From the sequence record OL770074.2: 64,000 nt of DNA. One strand, 5' to 3'. Below are positions 53,400 through 64,000 of the stretch, piece by piece (position 1 is the first letter of the stretch; every line of letters starts with the position of its first letter). This DNA is from Escherichia phage vB_EcoM-RPN187. The notes below the pieces were generated by a model, which saw only the letters and a program-made list of their open reading frames with translations, ran no database searches and was not told where the DNA came from. A program made the translations under genes and the position numbers.

Positions 53400-56300
53400 A
53401 TGGCCGACATCAAACGTAAGTTCAGAGCCGAAGACGGTCTGGACGCCGGTGGCGACAAGATTGTTAACGTAGCATTAGCCGACCGTACAGTAGGTACTGA
53501 TGGCGTAAACGTTGACTTCCTGGTACAAGAAAACACCGTTCAAGTATATGATTCTACGCGTGGATATAACAAAGGATTTGTTGTTCTTTATGACAACCGT
53601 TTATATCAAGCAATAAATGATATCGTGTCTCCTTCCGGGGCATTTAACCTTTTACAATGGCGTGCAGTTCGTACCGATGCACAATGGATAACTGTCTCTT
53701 CTGGGACTTATCAACTTTCTTCAGGTGAATCGATTTCGGTTAACACTGGTGCCGGCAATGATATGGTTTTCACATTGCCAAATACGCCGGTTGATGGTGA
53801 TACTGTTGTTTTGGCTGATATTGGTGGAAGAACCGGGACAGTTAAAGTACAGATTAACGCGTCTGTGCAGAGTATTTTAAACTTTAGAGGTGAACAAGTT
53901 CGTACAGTTTTAATGACGCGCCCACGTTCACAACTATTGTTTGTGTTTAGTAATCGTTTGTGGCAGATGTATATTACCGATTATGGTAAAGAATCAATCA
54001 CTGTTACACCTGCGGCACCATACCAAGCACAAGCAAATGATTTTATCGTTCGTCGTTTTACTAGTGCAGCACCAATCAACATTACACTTCCACGTAATGC
54101 TAACAATGGTGATATAATCAGCCTAGTCGATTTAGATAGATTAAACCCGCTGTATCATACATTTGTTAAAACATTTGATGATACAACGTCTATTGGTGAA
54201 GTCGGGACTCATATTGCCGAAGGCAGAAATGACTCTGACGCGTTTTTTGTTTTTGATGCTGCAAATAGTTTATGGCGTATATGGGAAGGCGACCAGAAAT
54301 CGCGTCTTCGTATTATCCGTGCGGATTCAAATATTCGTCCAAATGAAGAAGTTCTTATTTTTGGCACAAATAACGCTACAGCCGGAACTATTAATCTTAC
54401 GCTGCCTTCTGGAATTTTGAGTGGTGACACTGTTAAAATTTCAATGAACTACATGCGTAAAGGCCAAACAGTAAAAATTAAAGCTGCCGAAGGTGATACA
54501 ATTGCTTCTTCTGTTGCGTTGCTTCAGTTCCCTAAACGTTCGGAGTATCCACCTGATGCACAATGGGTCTCTGTTACTGAACTAGAATTCAATGGCACTA
54601 CTTCATATGTTCCTGTATTAGAATTAGCGTATATCGAAGACACCGTTGCTGGTACACGTTATTGGGTTGTTAAACAAAACGTCCCAACTGTAGAACGTGT
54701 CGATGCTGGAACTGATGCTACACGAGCTCGTTTAGGTGTTATTGCTCTTGCTACTCAAGCGCAAGCAAATGTTGATTTAGAGAATACTCCAGCTAAAGAA
54801 GTGGCTATTACTCCTGAAACGTTGGCAAATCGTACAGCAACTGAAGCTCGACGTGGTATCGCCAAAATTGCTACAACATCACAAGTTAACCAGAATTCCA
54901 CAGCATCATTTGTGGACGATACTATTGTTACGCCTAAAAAACTAAATGAGCGTACAGCAACTGAAACTCGTCGCGGTCTTGCTGAAATTGCTACTCAGAC
55001 TGAAACCGATGCTGGTCTTGATGACACAACGATTATTACGCCTAAGAAATTACAGGCACGTCAGGGTTCCGAAACACTATCGGGTATAGTTAAATATGTA
55101 TCAACTACTTCTGCTACTCCTGCCGAAACTCGTGGGGCTGCAGGCACTAATGTTTATAATAAAACCGTAAATAATTTAACTATTTCTCCTAAAGCCCTTG
55201 ACCAATATAAAGCAACTTACGCCCAACAAGGTGCAGTAATTTTAGCTATTGATAGTGAAGTAATTGCTGGACAATCTCAGTCTGGATACTCTCATGCTGT
55301 AGTAACTCCTGAAACACTACATAAGAAAACTTCTACTGATGGACGTATTGGTTTAATTGAAATTGCTACGCAAGCAGAAACTAATGCTGGGACTGATTAT
55401 ACACGTGCAGTAACGCCTAAGACGTTAAATGATAGGAGAGCGACGGAAGGATTATCCGGCATAGCCGAAATTGCTACGCAAGTTGAATTTGATACTGGAA
55501 CTGATGATACTCGTATCTCGACTCCACTGAAAATTAAAACTCATTTTGATTCTTCTGACCGTACCAGTGTTAATTCTGATTCCGGACTTATTGAAGAAGG
55601 AACCTTGTGGAACCATTATACTCTTGATATTTCTAAAGCAAATGAAACACAACGTGGTACACTTCGCGTAGCGACCCAGGCAGAATCTAATGCAGGAACT
55701 TTAGATGATGTTCTTATTACTCCTAAAAAGCTTTTAGGGACTAAGTCCACTGAAACGTCTGAAGGTGTAATCAAGGTTGCAACCCAGTCTGAAACTGTGA
55801 CTGGAACGTCAGCGAACACTGCTGTATCTCCTAAGAATTTAAAATGGATTGTGCAGAGTGAACCAACATGGGCTGCTACTACAGCAATTCGCGGATTCGT
55901 TAAAACTTCATCCGGTTCTATTACATTCGTTGGTAATGATACAGTCGGTTCTACACAAAACTTAGAGCTATACGAGAAAAATAGCTATGCAGTATCACCG
56001 TATGAATTAAACCGTGTATTGGCAAATTACTTGCCATTAAAAGCAAAAGCTGCTGACGCAAATTTATTAGATGGCCTAGATTCATCTCAGTTCATTCGTA
56101 GGGACATTGCACAGACGGTTAATGGTTCACTAACCTTAACCCAACAAACGAATCTGAGTGCCCCTCTTGTATCATCTAGTACGGCTACGTTTGGTGGTTC
56201 GGTATCTGCTAATAGTACATTAACTATTTCTAATACAGGTGCTTCAACTCGCTTAATATTTGAAAAAGGTCCACAAACTGGAAACAACCCTGCTCAGGCG

Positions 56301-57275
56301 ATGAATATCCGTGTATGGGGTAACCAATTCGCCGGCGGTTCTGATACATCTCGTGCTACGATATTTGAAGTTGGTGATGAAACATCTAACCACTTTTATT
56401 CACAACGGGATAACCTTGGTAATATTACTTTCAGCATCAACGGTACAGTTCGGCCGATTAATGTTAATGCATCCGGAACATTGAATGCTAATGGTGCGGC
56501 AACATTTGGACGTTCGGTGACAGCACAGGGTGAATTTATAACCTATAGTGCAAACGCATTCAGAGCAATTAGTGGTAATTACGGATTCTTTATTCGTAAT
56601 GATGCTGCTAATACCTATTTTATGCTTACTGCATCAAGTGATCAGACTGGCGGATTTAATGGATTACGTCCTTTAGCTATTAATAATGCATCCGGCCAAG
56701 TAACGATTGGTGAAAGCTTAATCATTGCCAAAGGTGCTACTATAAATTCAGATGGTTTAACTGTTAACTCGAGAATTCGTTCTCAGGGCACTAAAACCGC
56801 TGATTTATACACCCGTGCACCGACATCTGATACTGTAGGATTCTGGTCAATTGACATTAATGATTCAGCTACTTATAACCAATTCCCGGGTTATTTTAAA
56901 ATGGTTGAAAAAACTAATGAAGTGACTGGGCTTCCATACTTAGAACGTGGCGAAGAAGTTAAATCTCCTGGTACATTGACTCAGTTTGGTAATACACTTG
57001 ATTCACTTTACCAAGATTGGATTACTTATCCAACAACTCCAGAAGCACGTACAACCCGTTGGACACGTACATGGCAGAAAACTAAAAATTCTTGGTCGAG
57101 TTTTGTTCAGGTATTTGATGGCGGAAACCCTCCTCAACCTTCTGATATTGGCGCTTTACCTTCTGATAATGCAACAATCGGAAACTTGACAATAAGGGAT
57201 TTCTTAAGGATTGGTAATGTTCGCATTATTCCAGACCCTGTGAATAAAACTGTTAAATTTGAGTGGATTGAATAA
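53400..57275 (+). CDS. 34: long tail fibre proximal subunit gp34
   Basis: 1291 aa; internal repeats of the E-x-RRG-I/L-A-x-IAT type; size and position as in T4. Confidence 0.9.
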   Translation: MADIKRKFRAEDGLDAGGDKIVNVALADRTVGTDGVNVDFLVQENTVQVYDSTRGYNKGFVVLYDNRLYQAINDIVSPSGAFNLLQWRAVRTDAQWITVSSGTYQLSSGESISVNTGAGNDMVFTLPNTPVDGDTVVLADIGGRTGTVKVQINASVQSILNFRGEQVRTVLMTRPRSQLLFVFSNRLWQMYITDYGKESITVTPAAPYQAQANDFIVRRFTSAAPINITLPRNANNGDIISLVDLDRLNPLYHTFVKTFDDTTSIGEVGTHIAEGRNDSDAFFVFDAANSLWRIWEGDQKSRLRIIRADSNIRPNEEVLIFGTNNATAGTINLTLPSGILSGDTVKISMNYMRKGQTVKIKAAEGDTIASSVALLQFPKRSEYPPDAQWVSVTELEFNGTTSYVPVLELAYIEDTVAGTRYWVVKQNVPTVERVDAGTDATRARLGVIALATQAQANVDLENTPAKEVAITPETLANRTATEARRGIAKIATTSQVNQNSTASFVDDTIVTPKKLNERTATETRRGLAEIATQTETDAGLDDTTIITPKKLQARQGSETLSGIVKYVSTTSATPAETRGAAGTNVYNKTVNNLTISPKALDQYKATYAQQGAVILAIDSEVIAGQSQSGYSHAVVTPETLHKKTSTDGRIGLIEIATQAETNAGTDYTRAVTPKTLNDRRATEGLSGIAEIATQVEFDTGTDDTRISTPLKIKTHFDSSDRTSVNSDSGLIEEGTLWNHYTLDISKANETQRGTLRVATQAESNAGTLDDVLITPKKLLGTKSTETSEGVIKVATQSETVTGTSANTAVSPKNLKWIVQSEPTWAATTAIRGFVKTSSGSITFVGNDTVGSTQNLELYEKNSYAVSPYELNRVLANYLPLKAKAADANLLDGLDSSQFIRRDIAQTVNGSLTLTQQTNLSAPLVSSSTATFGGSVSANSTLTISNTGASTRLIFEKGPQTGNNPAQAMNIRVWGNQFAGGSDTSRATIFEVGDETSNHFYSQRDNLGNITFSINGTVRPINVNASGTLNANGAATFGRSVTAQGEFITYSANAFRAISGNYGFFIRNDAANTYFMLTASSDQTGGFNGLRPLAINNASGQVTIGESLIIAKGATINSDGLTVNSRIRSQGTKTADLYTRAPTSDTVGFWSIDINDSATYNQFPGYFKMVEKTNEVTGLPYLERGEEVKSPGTLTQFGNTLDSLYQDWITYPTTPEARTTRWTRTWQKTKNSWSSFVQVFDGGNPPQPSDIGALPSDNATIGNLTIRDFLRIGNVRIIPDPVNKTVKFEWIE
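54820..55860 (+). repeat. intragenic repeats in gene 34 (six or more divergent copies of a roughly 35-40 aa motif ...RxGxxEIATQxExxxGTDDTxxxTPKKL...)
   Basis: Seen in the translation: EARRGIAKIATT, ETRRGLAEIATQ, GRIGLIEIATQ, SGIAEIATQ, GTLRVATQ, GVIKVATQ; boundaries approximate. Confidence 0.6.
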
Positions 57276-57283
57276 GAGGTATT

Positions 57284-58411
57284 ATGGAAAAATTTATGGC
57301 TAAGTTCGGACAAGGATACGTCCAAACGCCATTTTTATCGGAAAGCAATTCAGTACGATTTAAATTAAGCATAGCGGGCTCTTGCCCGCTATCAACATCT
57401 CCTGCTTATATTAAGTTCCAAGATAATCCACTTGGGTCCCAGGTTTTTTCCGTTGGATTAAACGTTCGTGTAATAAATCCTACAACAGGTGCAGTAGTTG
57501 AATCTAAGTCATATAATTTCTCTACTGAAAACGACGCCACGTCAAGTGCATTTGTTACTTACATGGACACATATGCTTCTAATTTTATATTTGCTCTTGT
57601 TACTAACGCTAAAACAAACTTTCCTCCTGAAGTTCTCGCATGGTTTACCAAAGTTGGGAGTTCTGTTATTCCATTAGCTCAACAAGTTTTAAATATAGTG
57701 GACATTTCTTATTCTGCATTTTATATTTCTGGTAAGAATGCTATAGCACTAGAACATATTAAGTATAGTAATAAGAAAACTTCAACCGACTATAGTACAC
57801 CACTTGATGTTGTGTACGACACGATTGATGATATTGGTGCTACCGGCTTTCCTAGTCGTACGTACGAATCGACAGACACATTTTTATCTGCTGTTGGAGG
57901 TACTAATAATGAAATTAAAAGGATGCCTACAACGTCCCTTATTACACCTCTCGCTGGGTATAAATTGAAGGCTGGAGATTTCCTTTATATGAAATTCCAA
58001 CTAATGGCTGATGCTGATTTGTTAGCACAAGGGACGACACGACTTTCTATTCGTTTCTTTAAATCTCCTTCTACTTCACCTATTTCATTTAAGGATATAA
58101 ACTTTGATGGGGGCGCAGGTGAATGGAAGATATATGAAGACTACATAGAAATTCCTGCCGGTGCCGACGGGTTCACGATTTATTGTTATCGTACAGCTCC
58201 AGTTGGGCAAGGTGGATTAAGAAATGTTATATTCACTGAAGTATCATGTAATGGAAGCGTTTCAAAACCTGCCGAGTTTGGTATAAATGGTATTCGTGTA
58301 AATTATGTTTCAGAATCTTTAAGTGCCCCAGACATATTGACATTACCTACTCAATCTTCAACTGATACTGGTAAGGTATTTGGACAAGAATTTAAAGAAG
58401 CATCAGAATAA
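57284..58411 (+). CDS. 35: long tail fibre hinge connector gp35
   Basis: 375 aa; synteny. Confidence 0.8.
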   Translation: MEKFMAKFGQGYVQTPFLSESNSVRFKLSIAGSCPLSTSPAYIKFQDNPLGSQVFSVGLNVRVINPTTGAVVESKSYNFSTENDATSSAFVTYMDTYASNFIFALVTNAKTNFPPEVLAWFTKVGSSVIPLAQQVLNIVDISYSAFYISGKNAIALEHIKYSNKKTSTDYSTPLDVVYDTIDDIGATGFPSRTYESTDTFLSAVGGTNNEIKRMPTTSLITPLAGYKLKAGDFLYMKFQLMADADLLAQGTTRLSIRFFKSPSTSPISFKDINFDGGAGEWKIYEDYIEIPAGADGFTIYCYRTAPVGQGGLRNVIFTEVSCNGSVSKPAEFGINGIRVNYVSESLSAPDILTLPTQSSTDTGKVFGQEFKEASE

Positions 58412-58416
58412 ATTTA

Positions 58417-58440
58417 GGGAGACTTCGGTCTCCCATTTTT
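58417..58440 (+). terminator. intrinsic terminator GGGAGAC-UUCG-GUCUCCC + U-run downstream of gene 35
   Basis: Identical 18-nt hairpin followed by ATTTTT. Confidence 0.75.
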
Positions 58441-58441
58441 G

Positions 58442-58449
58442 TATAAATA
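58442..58449 (+). promoter_or_regulatory. late promoter (TATAAATA) for gene 36
   Basis: Exact TATAAATA 25 nt upstream of the gene 36 ATG. Confidence 0.6.
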
Positions 58450-58473
58450 TGGTATACATATAAGGAGACAACT

Positions 58474-59136
58474 ATGGCCGATTTAAAAGCTGGTAGTACA
58501 ACTGGCGGTGCTGTTATATGGCACCAAGGTAATTTCCCTTTAATGCCAGCAGGTGATGACGTCCTGTATAAAACGTTTAAACTCTATTCAGAATATAATA
58601 AACCGCAAGCGGCTGATAACGACTTCGTTTCTAAAGCTAATGGTGGTACTTACGCTGCGACTGTTCGATTTAATGGAGGCGTACATGTTCCTACTGTAGG
58701 TAGTAGTCAACAGTGTGGTGTTTATCCAGGTAACGGTGATAATGCTACTTTTGCTGTAACAAATATCGATATTGTTTCGTGGAATGGTATTGGTTTTAAG
58801 TCATCACAAGGTTCAGCAGACCGAACTGTTGTAATTAATGCACGTAACGGTGATATTAGTACAAAAGGCGTTGTGACAGCAGCTGGTCAAGTAAGAAGTG
58901 ATGCGACTGCTCCTATAGCAGCGAATGACCTTACTAGAAAAGATTATGTTGATGGACGAATAAATATTGTTACAGATAACGCAAATTCCCGTGTATTGCG
59001 TTCTGGCGATACTATGGCTGGTACTTTAACAGCACCAAACTTTTTCTCACAGAATCCGGCATCTGAGGCTAATCATGTTCCTCGTTTCGACCAGATTGTA
59101 ATTAAAGATTCTGTTCAAGATTTCGGCTATTATTAA
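58474..59136 (+). CDS. 36: long tail fibre distal subunit gp36
   Basis: 220 aa; synteny and size. Confidence 0.85.
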   Translation: MADLKAGSTTGGAVIWHQGNFPLMPAGDDVLYKTFKLYSEYNKPQAADNDFVSKANGGTYAATVRFNGGVHVPTVGSSQQCGVYPGNGDNATFAVTNIDIVSWNGIGFKSSQGSADRTVVINARNGDISTKGVVTAAGQVRSDATAPIAANDLTRKDYVDGRINIVTDNANSRVLRSGDTMAGTLTAPNFFSQNPASEANHVPRFDQIVIKDSVQDFGYY

Positions 59137-59144
59137 GAGGACTT

Positions 59145-62100
59145 ATGGCTACATTAAAACAGATACAATTTAAAAGAAGCAAAACCGCAGGTGCACGTCC
59201 TGCTGCTTCAGTATTAGCCGAAGGTGAATTGGCTATAAACTTAAAAGATAGAACAATTTTTACTAAAGATGATTTAGGAAATATCATTGATCTGGGTTTT
59301 GCTAAAGGCGGACAAGTTGATGGAAATGTAACTATAAATGGTCTTTTGAGATTAAACGGCGATTATGTACAAACAGGCGGAATGACCGTAAATGGACCTA
59401 TTGGTTCTACTGATGGCATAACTGCAAAAGTTTTCAGATCTACACAAGGTTCATTTTACGCAAGAGCAACAAACGATACATCAAATGCCCACCTTTGGTT
59501 TGAAAATACGAATGGATCGGAGAGAGGGGTTTTATACTCAAAACCGCAGTCTGAAAATGAAGGCGTAATTACAATGCGTGTTCGCCAAGGAACCGCAGCA
59601 GGGGCTCAAAGTTCAGAATTTCATTTCATTTCTACTGATGGCGGTATCTTCCAGGCACGCAAATTAACTGCTTTAACTTCTATTAGTACACCAACTATTA
59701 GTGTTAATTTAATTAATCATGATTCTAAAGCCTTTGGACAATATGATTCACAATCTTTGGTTAACTATGTTTATCCTGGAGATGGCGAAACCAACGGAGT
59801 AAACTATCTTCGTAAAGTTCGCGCTAAAGCTGCCGGAACCATGTGGCATGAAATCTGTACAGCTCAGACTGGCCAAGCAGATGAAATGTCTTGGTGGACG
59901 GGTAATACTCCATCATCTAAACAATATGGTATTCGTAACGACGGCCGAATGGCTGGGCGTAATAGCCTTGCATTAGGTACATTCACTGCAGATTTCCCAT
60001 CTAGTGATTATGGTAACGTCGGTGTAATGGGCGATAAGTATCTTGTTCTCGGTGACACTGTAACTGGCTTGTCATACAAAAAAACTGGTGTATTTGATCT
60101 AGTTGGCGGTGGATATTCTGTTGCTTCTATTACTCCTGACAGTTTCCGTAGTACTCGTAAAGGTATATTTGGTCGTTCCGAGGACCAAGGCGCTACATGG
60201 ATTATGCCTGGAACCAACGCAGCCTTTTTATCGGTTCAAACACAGGCCGATAATAACAATGCTGGAGACGGACAAACCCATATCGGGTACAATGCTGGTG
60301 GTAAAATGAGTCATTATTTCCGCGGTAAAGGCAAAACTAATATTAATACTCAGGAAGGTGTAGACGTTAACCCGGGTATTTTAAAATTAACAACCGGTGC
60401 TAACAGTATTAGCTTTAACGCTGCAACAGGTAATATTGATTCTACATTAGCTTTTCGTCTTAATAAAGGTATAATTATTGATGGGCCTGATAATCAGGGG
60501 TTCCAATTCAATGCTCCGACGGCTGTAGATGGTACTAGAAGCATATACTGGAATAGTGGCACACGCTCAGGTCAAAACAAAAGCCCTGTTACGGTTAAGG
60601 CATGGGGAAGTGCGTACAGCACAGGCGATAAATCTCGTGAAACTGTATTTGAAGTTGGCGACGGACAAGGTTATTATTTTTATGCGCAGCGTGTAGCTCC
60701 AGCTTCAGGATCTACTGTTGGGCCAATTCAATTTAGAATTGCTGGAGCATTATTAACCGGTGGTGGTATTACATCATCCGGCTCGATTGTTACAGAATCC
60801 AGTTTAGTTGCTAATAACGGAATGACTGTAAACGGTCAAGCCAAATTTGGCGGAACAGCAGATGCATTAAGAATTTGGAACTCTCGTTATGGTGCCATTT
60901 TCCGCCGCTCAGAAACATCATTATATATTATCCCAACTAACGAAAATGAAGGGGAAAACGGTGAAATAAACGACCTTCGTCCGTTTAGTATTGAGTTAGG
61001 CACCGGCGCAGTTTATATGAATCACGTTGTTGATATTGGCCGGGGCAAGTTTAAAGTAGAAGCATCCGGTACTACAGCAGGGCAACGTATTACAGTTAAT
61101 ACTGCCTCCGATGCTATTAGAATAAATGCTCCAACACAAGAATCTTCTAACTTCATCCAAGGACGTAAAGCAGATGTTCCGAAATGGTATTTAGGTATTG
61201 GCGATGGCGGCAACATCGTTCGTATGCACAGTTACACCTACTCCCATGGTATTGCATTAAACTCTGATACTGTTGATATAGCTAAACCTCTTAGAATAGG
61301 TTCAGCTCAATTAGGTACTGATGGTAATATTACTGGCGGTTCTGGTAATTTTGCTAACTTGAATACCACAATAAATAACCTTAAGACGGATATTGTCTCG
61401 AGTTACCCAATTGGCGCTCCGATTCCTTGGCCTACTGATACACCTCCTGAAGGCTATGCCATAATGGAAGGTCAAACATTTGATGCTGGCTTGTATCCTA
61501 AGTTAGCTGCGGTGTATCCTTCCGGCACTCTGCCTGATATGCGTGGTCAAACTATCAAGGGTAAACCATCTGGGCGTGCTGTATTAAGTACAGAAGCAGA
61601 CGGTGTTAAGTCACATAGCCATAGTGCAAGTGCATCAAGCACAGATTTAGGTACTAAGACCACTTCTAGTTTTGATTACGGTAGCAAAACGACTTCAAGC
61701 TTTGATTATGGTACTAAGACAAGTAGTACCACTGGCAACCATAACCATACAGTGAGTGGTAATACTAGTTCCGCTGGTGCTCACCAACACGCGCGTTCAG
61801 GCCCTCAGATACAAGGCGTCGTACCCGCTAGCATATTCTATGATGGATACAATAGTGCCGGTCCAAACGGCAACGCTAAAATCACTGGAAGCGTGAGCGG
61901 TGCTACTGCATCGTCGAATATGGCCAAAACTTCTTCAGACGGTGCCCACGCCCATAGTTGGTCTGGTACTACTAGCGCCACAGGTAACCATGCGCATACG
62001 GTGGGTATTGGCGCTCATACCCATTCGGTAGGTATTGGTGCTCATACGCATACTGTTGCAATTGGTTCCCATGGACATACAATAACTGTAAATGCCACAG

Positions 62101-62159
62101 GAAATACAGAAAACACAGTTAAAAACGTTGCTTTTAACTATATCGTTCGTTTAGCATAA
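59145..62159 (+). CDS. 37: long tail fibre distal subunit gp37 (receptor-binding tip)
   Basis: 1004 aa; C-terminal His-x-His boxes ([59 protein letters not shown]) as in T4-type gp37. Confidence 0.9.
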   Translation: MATLKQIQFKRSKTAGARPAASVLAEGELAINLKDRTIFTKDDLGNIIDLGFAKGGQVDGNVTINGLLRLNGDYVQTGGMTVNGPIGSTDGITAKVFRSTQGSFYARATNDTSNAHLWFENTNGSERGVLYSKPQSENEGVITMRVRQGTAAGAQSSEFHFISTDGGIFQARKLTALTSISTPTISVNLINHDSKAFGQYDSQSLVNYVYPGDGETNGVNYLRKVRAKAAGTMWHEICTAQTGQADEMSWWTGNTPSSKQYGIRNDGRMAGRNSLALGTFTADFPSSDYGNVGVMGDKYLVLGDTVTGLSYKKTGVFDLVGGGYSVASITPDSFRSTRKGIFGRSEDQGATWIMPGTNAAFLSVQTQADNNNAGDGQTHIGYNAGGKMSHYFRGKGKTNINTQEGVDVNPGILKLTTGANSISFNAATGNIDSTLAFRLNKGIIIDGPDNQGFQFNAPTAVDGTRSIYWNSGTRSGQNKSPVTVKAWGSAYSTGDKSRETVFEVGDGQGYYFYAQRVAPASGSTVGPIQFRIAGALLTGGGITSSGSIVTESSLVANNGMTVNGQAKFGGTADALRIWNSRYGAIFRRSETSLYIIPTNENEGENGEINDLRPFSIELGTGAVYMNHVVDIGRGKFKVEASGTTAGQRITVNTASDAIRINAPTQESSNFIQGRKADVPKWYLGIGDGGNIVRMHSYTYSHGIALNSDTVDIAKPLRIGSAQLGTDGNITGGSGNFANLNTTINNLKTDIVSSYPIGAPIPWPTDTPPEGYAIMEGQTFDAGLYPKLAAVYPSGTLPDMRGQTIKGKPSGRAVLSTEADGVKSHSHSASASSTDLGTKTTSSFDYGSKTTSSFDYGTKTSSTTGNHNHTVSGNTSSAGAHQHARSGPQIQGVVPASIFYDGYNSAGPNGNAKITGSVSGATASSNMAKTSSDGAHAHSWSGTTSATGNHAHTVGIGAHTHSVGIGAHTHTVAIGSHGHTITVNATGNTENTVKNVAFNYIVRLA
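61650..61730 (+). repeat. tandem 30-nt repeat in gene 37 (about 2.7 copies, encoding [11 protein letters not shown])
   Basis: ggtactaagaccacttctagttttgattac / ggtagcaaaacgacttcaagctttgattat / ggtactaagacaagtagtacc read directly. Confidence 0.7.
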
Positions 62160-62164
62160 GGAGA

Positions 62165-62185
62165 AGGGACTTCTGTCCCTTTTTA
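62165..62185 (+). terminator. intrinsic terminator downstream of gene 37
   Basis: gggac-ttct-gtccc followed by TTTTT. Confidence 0.6.
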
Positions 62186-62189
62186 TAAT

Positions 62190-62741
62190 ATGAAACTCTA
62201 TCACTATTATTTTGACACTAAAGAATTTTACAAAGAAGAAAATTACAAACCATTAAAAGGCGTAGGATTTCCGGCTCATTCGACACCAAAAAAACCTTTA
62301 GACCCTAAAGAAGGCTATGCTATTATATTTGACGAACGCGAGCAAGAATGGGTATATGTTGAAGACCATCGTGGAAAAACGGTATGGACTTATGATAAGC
62401 AAAAAATTGTTATTGACACTCCAGGTGCTCTTCAAAATGTTACTACAGAAGAACCCGGCGAATTTGACATTTGGACCGACGACGGGTGGAAGGAAGATGA
62501 AGCATATAAACGCGTAGTTCAACGTGATAAGAAAATTCATGAACTCTATAAATTATTCAGTGTTTTAAGTTCTCTTATTGACGCAGAGGTTGCTAATAGA
62601 GAAGAAAAACGAAAATTTAAAGAGCTCAAAAAATTCTTTGCCCTTTTAGAAAAGCATGAACATCTTGGCGGTGAATTCCCTAAATTCCCTGACCTTGAAA
62701 ACAAATCTATTGTCAAAGCGATTATAAATATCTTTAAGTAA
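62190..62741 (+). CDS. 38: gp38 tail-fibre assembly chaperone (T4 type)
   Basis: 183 aa; MKLYHYYFDTKEFYKEENYKP...KHEHLGGEFP resembles T4 gp38 rather than the longer T2-type adhesin. Confidence 0.85.
   Translation: MKLYHYYFDTKEFYKEENYKPLKGVGFPAHSTPKKPLDPKEGYAIIFDEREQEWVYVEDHRGKTVWTYDKQKIVIDTPGALQNVTTEEPGEFDIWTDDGWKEDEAYKRVVQRDKKIHELYKLFSVLSSLIDAEVANREEKRKFKELKKFFALLEKHEHLGGEFPKFPDLENKSIVKAIINIFK
62723..62730 (+). promoter_or_regulatory. late promoter (TATAAATA) for holin t, inside the 3' end of gene 38
   Basis: Exact TATAAATA 21 nt upstream of the t ATG, followed by AAGGAGG. Confidence 0.55.
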
Positions 62742-62750
62742 GGAGGTATT

Positions 62751-63410
62751 ATGGCAACACCAAAAGTATCATCTTCGCCTAGTGATATTCTATTTGGGTT
62801 GCTAGATCGTATTTTCAAAGATAACGCTACTGGAAAGGTTTTAATGTCTCGAGTAGCGGTAATTATTCTTTTGTTCCTAATGGCACTAATATGGTACAAA
62901 GGAAGTATTTTGCTGGATTATTATGTAAGAGCTAAGTATGATACTTATACTGAAATAATCCAAAAAGAACGAGCTTTACGTTTTGAATCTGCGGCTCTAG
63001 AACAACTGCAAATAGTTCATATCTCATCTGGTGCAGATTTTAGTGCTGTGTATTCTTTCAGACCTAAAAACTTAAATTATTTCGTCGACCTTATAGCTTA
63101 TGAAGGCAAACTACCTAGCACAATTTCTGAAAAGTCCCTTGGCGGATTCCCGGTGGATAAAACGGCTAATGAATATATAATTCATTTAAGTGGCCGTCAT
63201 TTCTCATCTAAATCAGAATTTGCATTTTTGCCTACAAAATCTAAGACTGCCGAACTTTCTTATATGTATAGTTGTCCATACTTTAATTTGGATAACATCT
63301 ATGCTGGAACTGTGACGATGTATTGGTATAAGGGGAGTAATATACTTGAGGAAGATCGCTTAGCGGCTATATGCAACCAAGCGATCCGAATACTAGGAAG
63401 GGCTAAATAA
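62751..63410 (+). CDS. t: holin T
   Basis: 219 aa; single transmembrane segment VAVIILLFLMALIWY and large periplasmic domain; close to T4 T as recalled. Confidence 0.9.
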   Translation: MATPKVSSSPSDILFGLLDRIFKDNATGKVLMSRVAVIILLFLMALIWYKGSILLDYYVRAKYDTYTEIIQKERALRFESAALEQLQIVHISSGADFSAVYSFRPKNLNYFVDLIAYEGKLPSTISEKSLGGFPVDKTANEYIIHLSGRHFSSKSEFAFLPTKSKTAELSYMYSCPYFNLDNIYAGTVTMYWYKGSNILEEDRLAAICNQAIRILGRAK

Positions 63411-63683
63411 TTAGTTGTTAGAATACATCGCTAAATGACGATAAATATTTTCAAAACCTTCATTGAATTCACTAATCAGTGTTTTCTTTTCTTCGGCAGT
63501 TAAATTTGTAATTAGTTTTCTGAACGAATTCTGATTTAGCTGCCGACCATCTTTTTTAATTCCAATCTCATTCAAGAATCCGATGAAACTTGCTCGGTCT
63601 TCAACAATATCTTCCCTAGAGAATTTAATCAAAATAGAAGCAATAGTAATAATTTCACGTACGATTTCAATATCTTTATTCAT
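63411..63683 (-). CDS. asiA: AsiA anti-sigma70 factor
   Basis: 90 aa; MNKDIEIVREIITIASILIKFSREDIV... matches T4 AsiA as recalled. Confidence 0.85.
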   Translation of the reverse strand: MNKDIEIVREIITIASILIKFSREDIVEDRASFIGFLNEIGIKKDGRQLNQNSFRKLITNLTAEEKKTLISEFNEGFENIYRHLAMYSNN

Positions 63684-63729
63684 AACGTTTTATTCATTCC
63701 ACTTAGTTGATATGGATATAGTACCATTA

Positions 63730-63891
63730 TCAGTGTTGATTGTAAACGGCTTTTTCTACGCTTTTAACGTAATTGGTATAGTCTTCCTGTTCATACGAGT
63801 GTAAGGCCAAGAACTGAACTAATAGTTCATTATAGACTAAAGCCTCACGCTCACGTTCGGCCTCTACTACGTTCTGAAGATTATGACTCAT
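63730..63891 (-). CDS. hypothetical small protein (T4 asiA.5 position), 53 aa
   Basis: ATG at 63891 preceded by AAGGA; the ORF-track start at 63945 would overlap the upstream gene by 65 nt. Confidence 0.3.
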   Translation of the reverse strand: MSHNLQNVVEAEREREALVYNELLVQFLALHSYEQEDYTNYVKSVEKAVYNQH

Positions 63892-64000
63892 ATCGTTCCT
63901 TATAACTATCAATATAGTCCTGTATGTCGAAGAATGATATTTCATATTCTAGGGCATTAAGAGCCCGTTCTTCAGTATAGTCAGAACCAAAGACGATAGT
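63881..64000 (-). CDS. partial CDS, 3' end only (upstream gene continues beyond the window; arn-like by position)
   Basis: 40 codons open from 64000 to TAA at 63881-63883 on the minus strand in AT-rich DNA; identity unknown. Confidence 0.3.
   Translation of the reverse strand, partial: TIVFGSDYTEERALNALEYEISFFDIQDYIDSYKERYES

Noticed and set aside
54163-61216. Multiple 60-85-aa ORFs on both strands inside genes 34 and 37
   Set aside because: Embedded in or antisense to long tail-fibre genes whose frames are clearly coding; no independent start signals.
61560-62110. His/Gly/Thr-rich periodic sequence near the end of gene 37 that could look like a spacer-repeat array
   Set aside because: It is in frame within gp37 and encodes the His-x-His receptor-tip motifs; repeats are imperfect and protein-coding, not CRISPR-like.

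Overview
This window is a near-complete structural and early-gene segment of a T4-like (Tevenvirinae, Tequatrovirus-type) myovirus, gene-for-gene syntenic with coliphage T4. Gene names are assigned from my recollection of T4 protein sequences and gene order; no database search was run. Plus-strand late modules: neck 13-14-15, terminase 16-17, tail sheath and tube 18-19, portal 20, prohead core 67-68-21-22, major capsid 23, vertex 24, uvsW, baseplate hub 51-27-28-29-48-54, long tail fibre 34-35-36-37-38 and holin t. Minus-strand early/middle modules: rnlB, hoc, inh, uvsY, 25-26, alt, DNA ligase 30, the 30.x cluster, rIII, 31, cd, pseT, spanins, alc, rnlA, denA, nrdB, nrdA, td, frd, 32, 59, 33, dsbA, rnh and asiA. 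Recognisable T4 early (GTTTAC / TACTATAG-type), middle (MotA-box TGCTT) and late (TATAAATA) promoters and UUCG/GNRA tetraloop terminators are present. No tRNA, rRNA or CRISPR array was seen. The most notable accessory content is: (1) an intact, phage-codon-adapted class I DAHP synthase (AroG/F/H-like) between cd and pseT, translationally coupled to dCMP deaminase; (2) a NADAR/YbiA-like and a HAD-like gene next to DNA ligase and the Alt ADP-ribosyltransferase; (3) a GIY-YIG seg-like homing endonuclease between neck genes 13 and 14; (4) an antisense early-promoter-driven ORF between capsid genes 23 and 24; (5) a shortened Hoc; (6) intron-less nrdB and td. Many ORF-track entries are antisense shadows or start at GTG/TTG upstream of the real start; several starts were corrected by reading the sequence.
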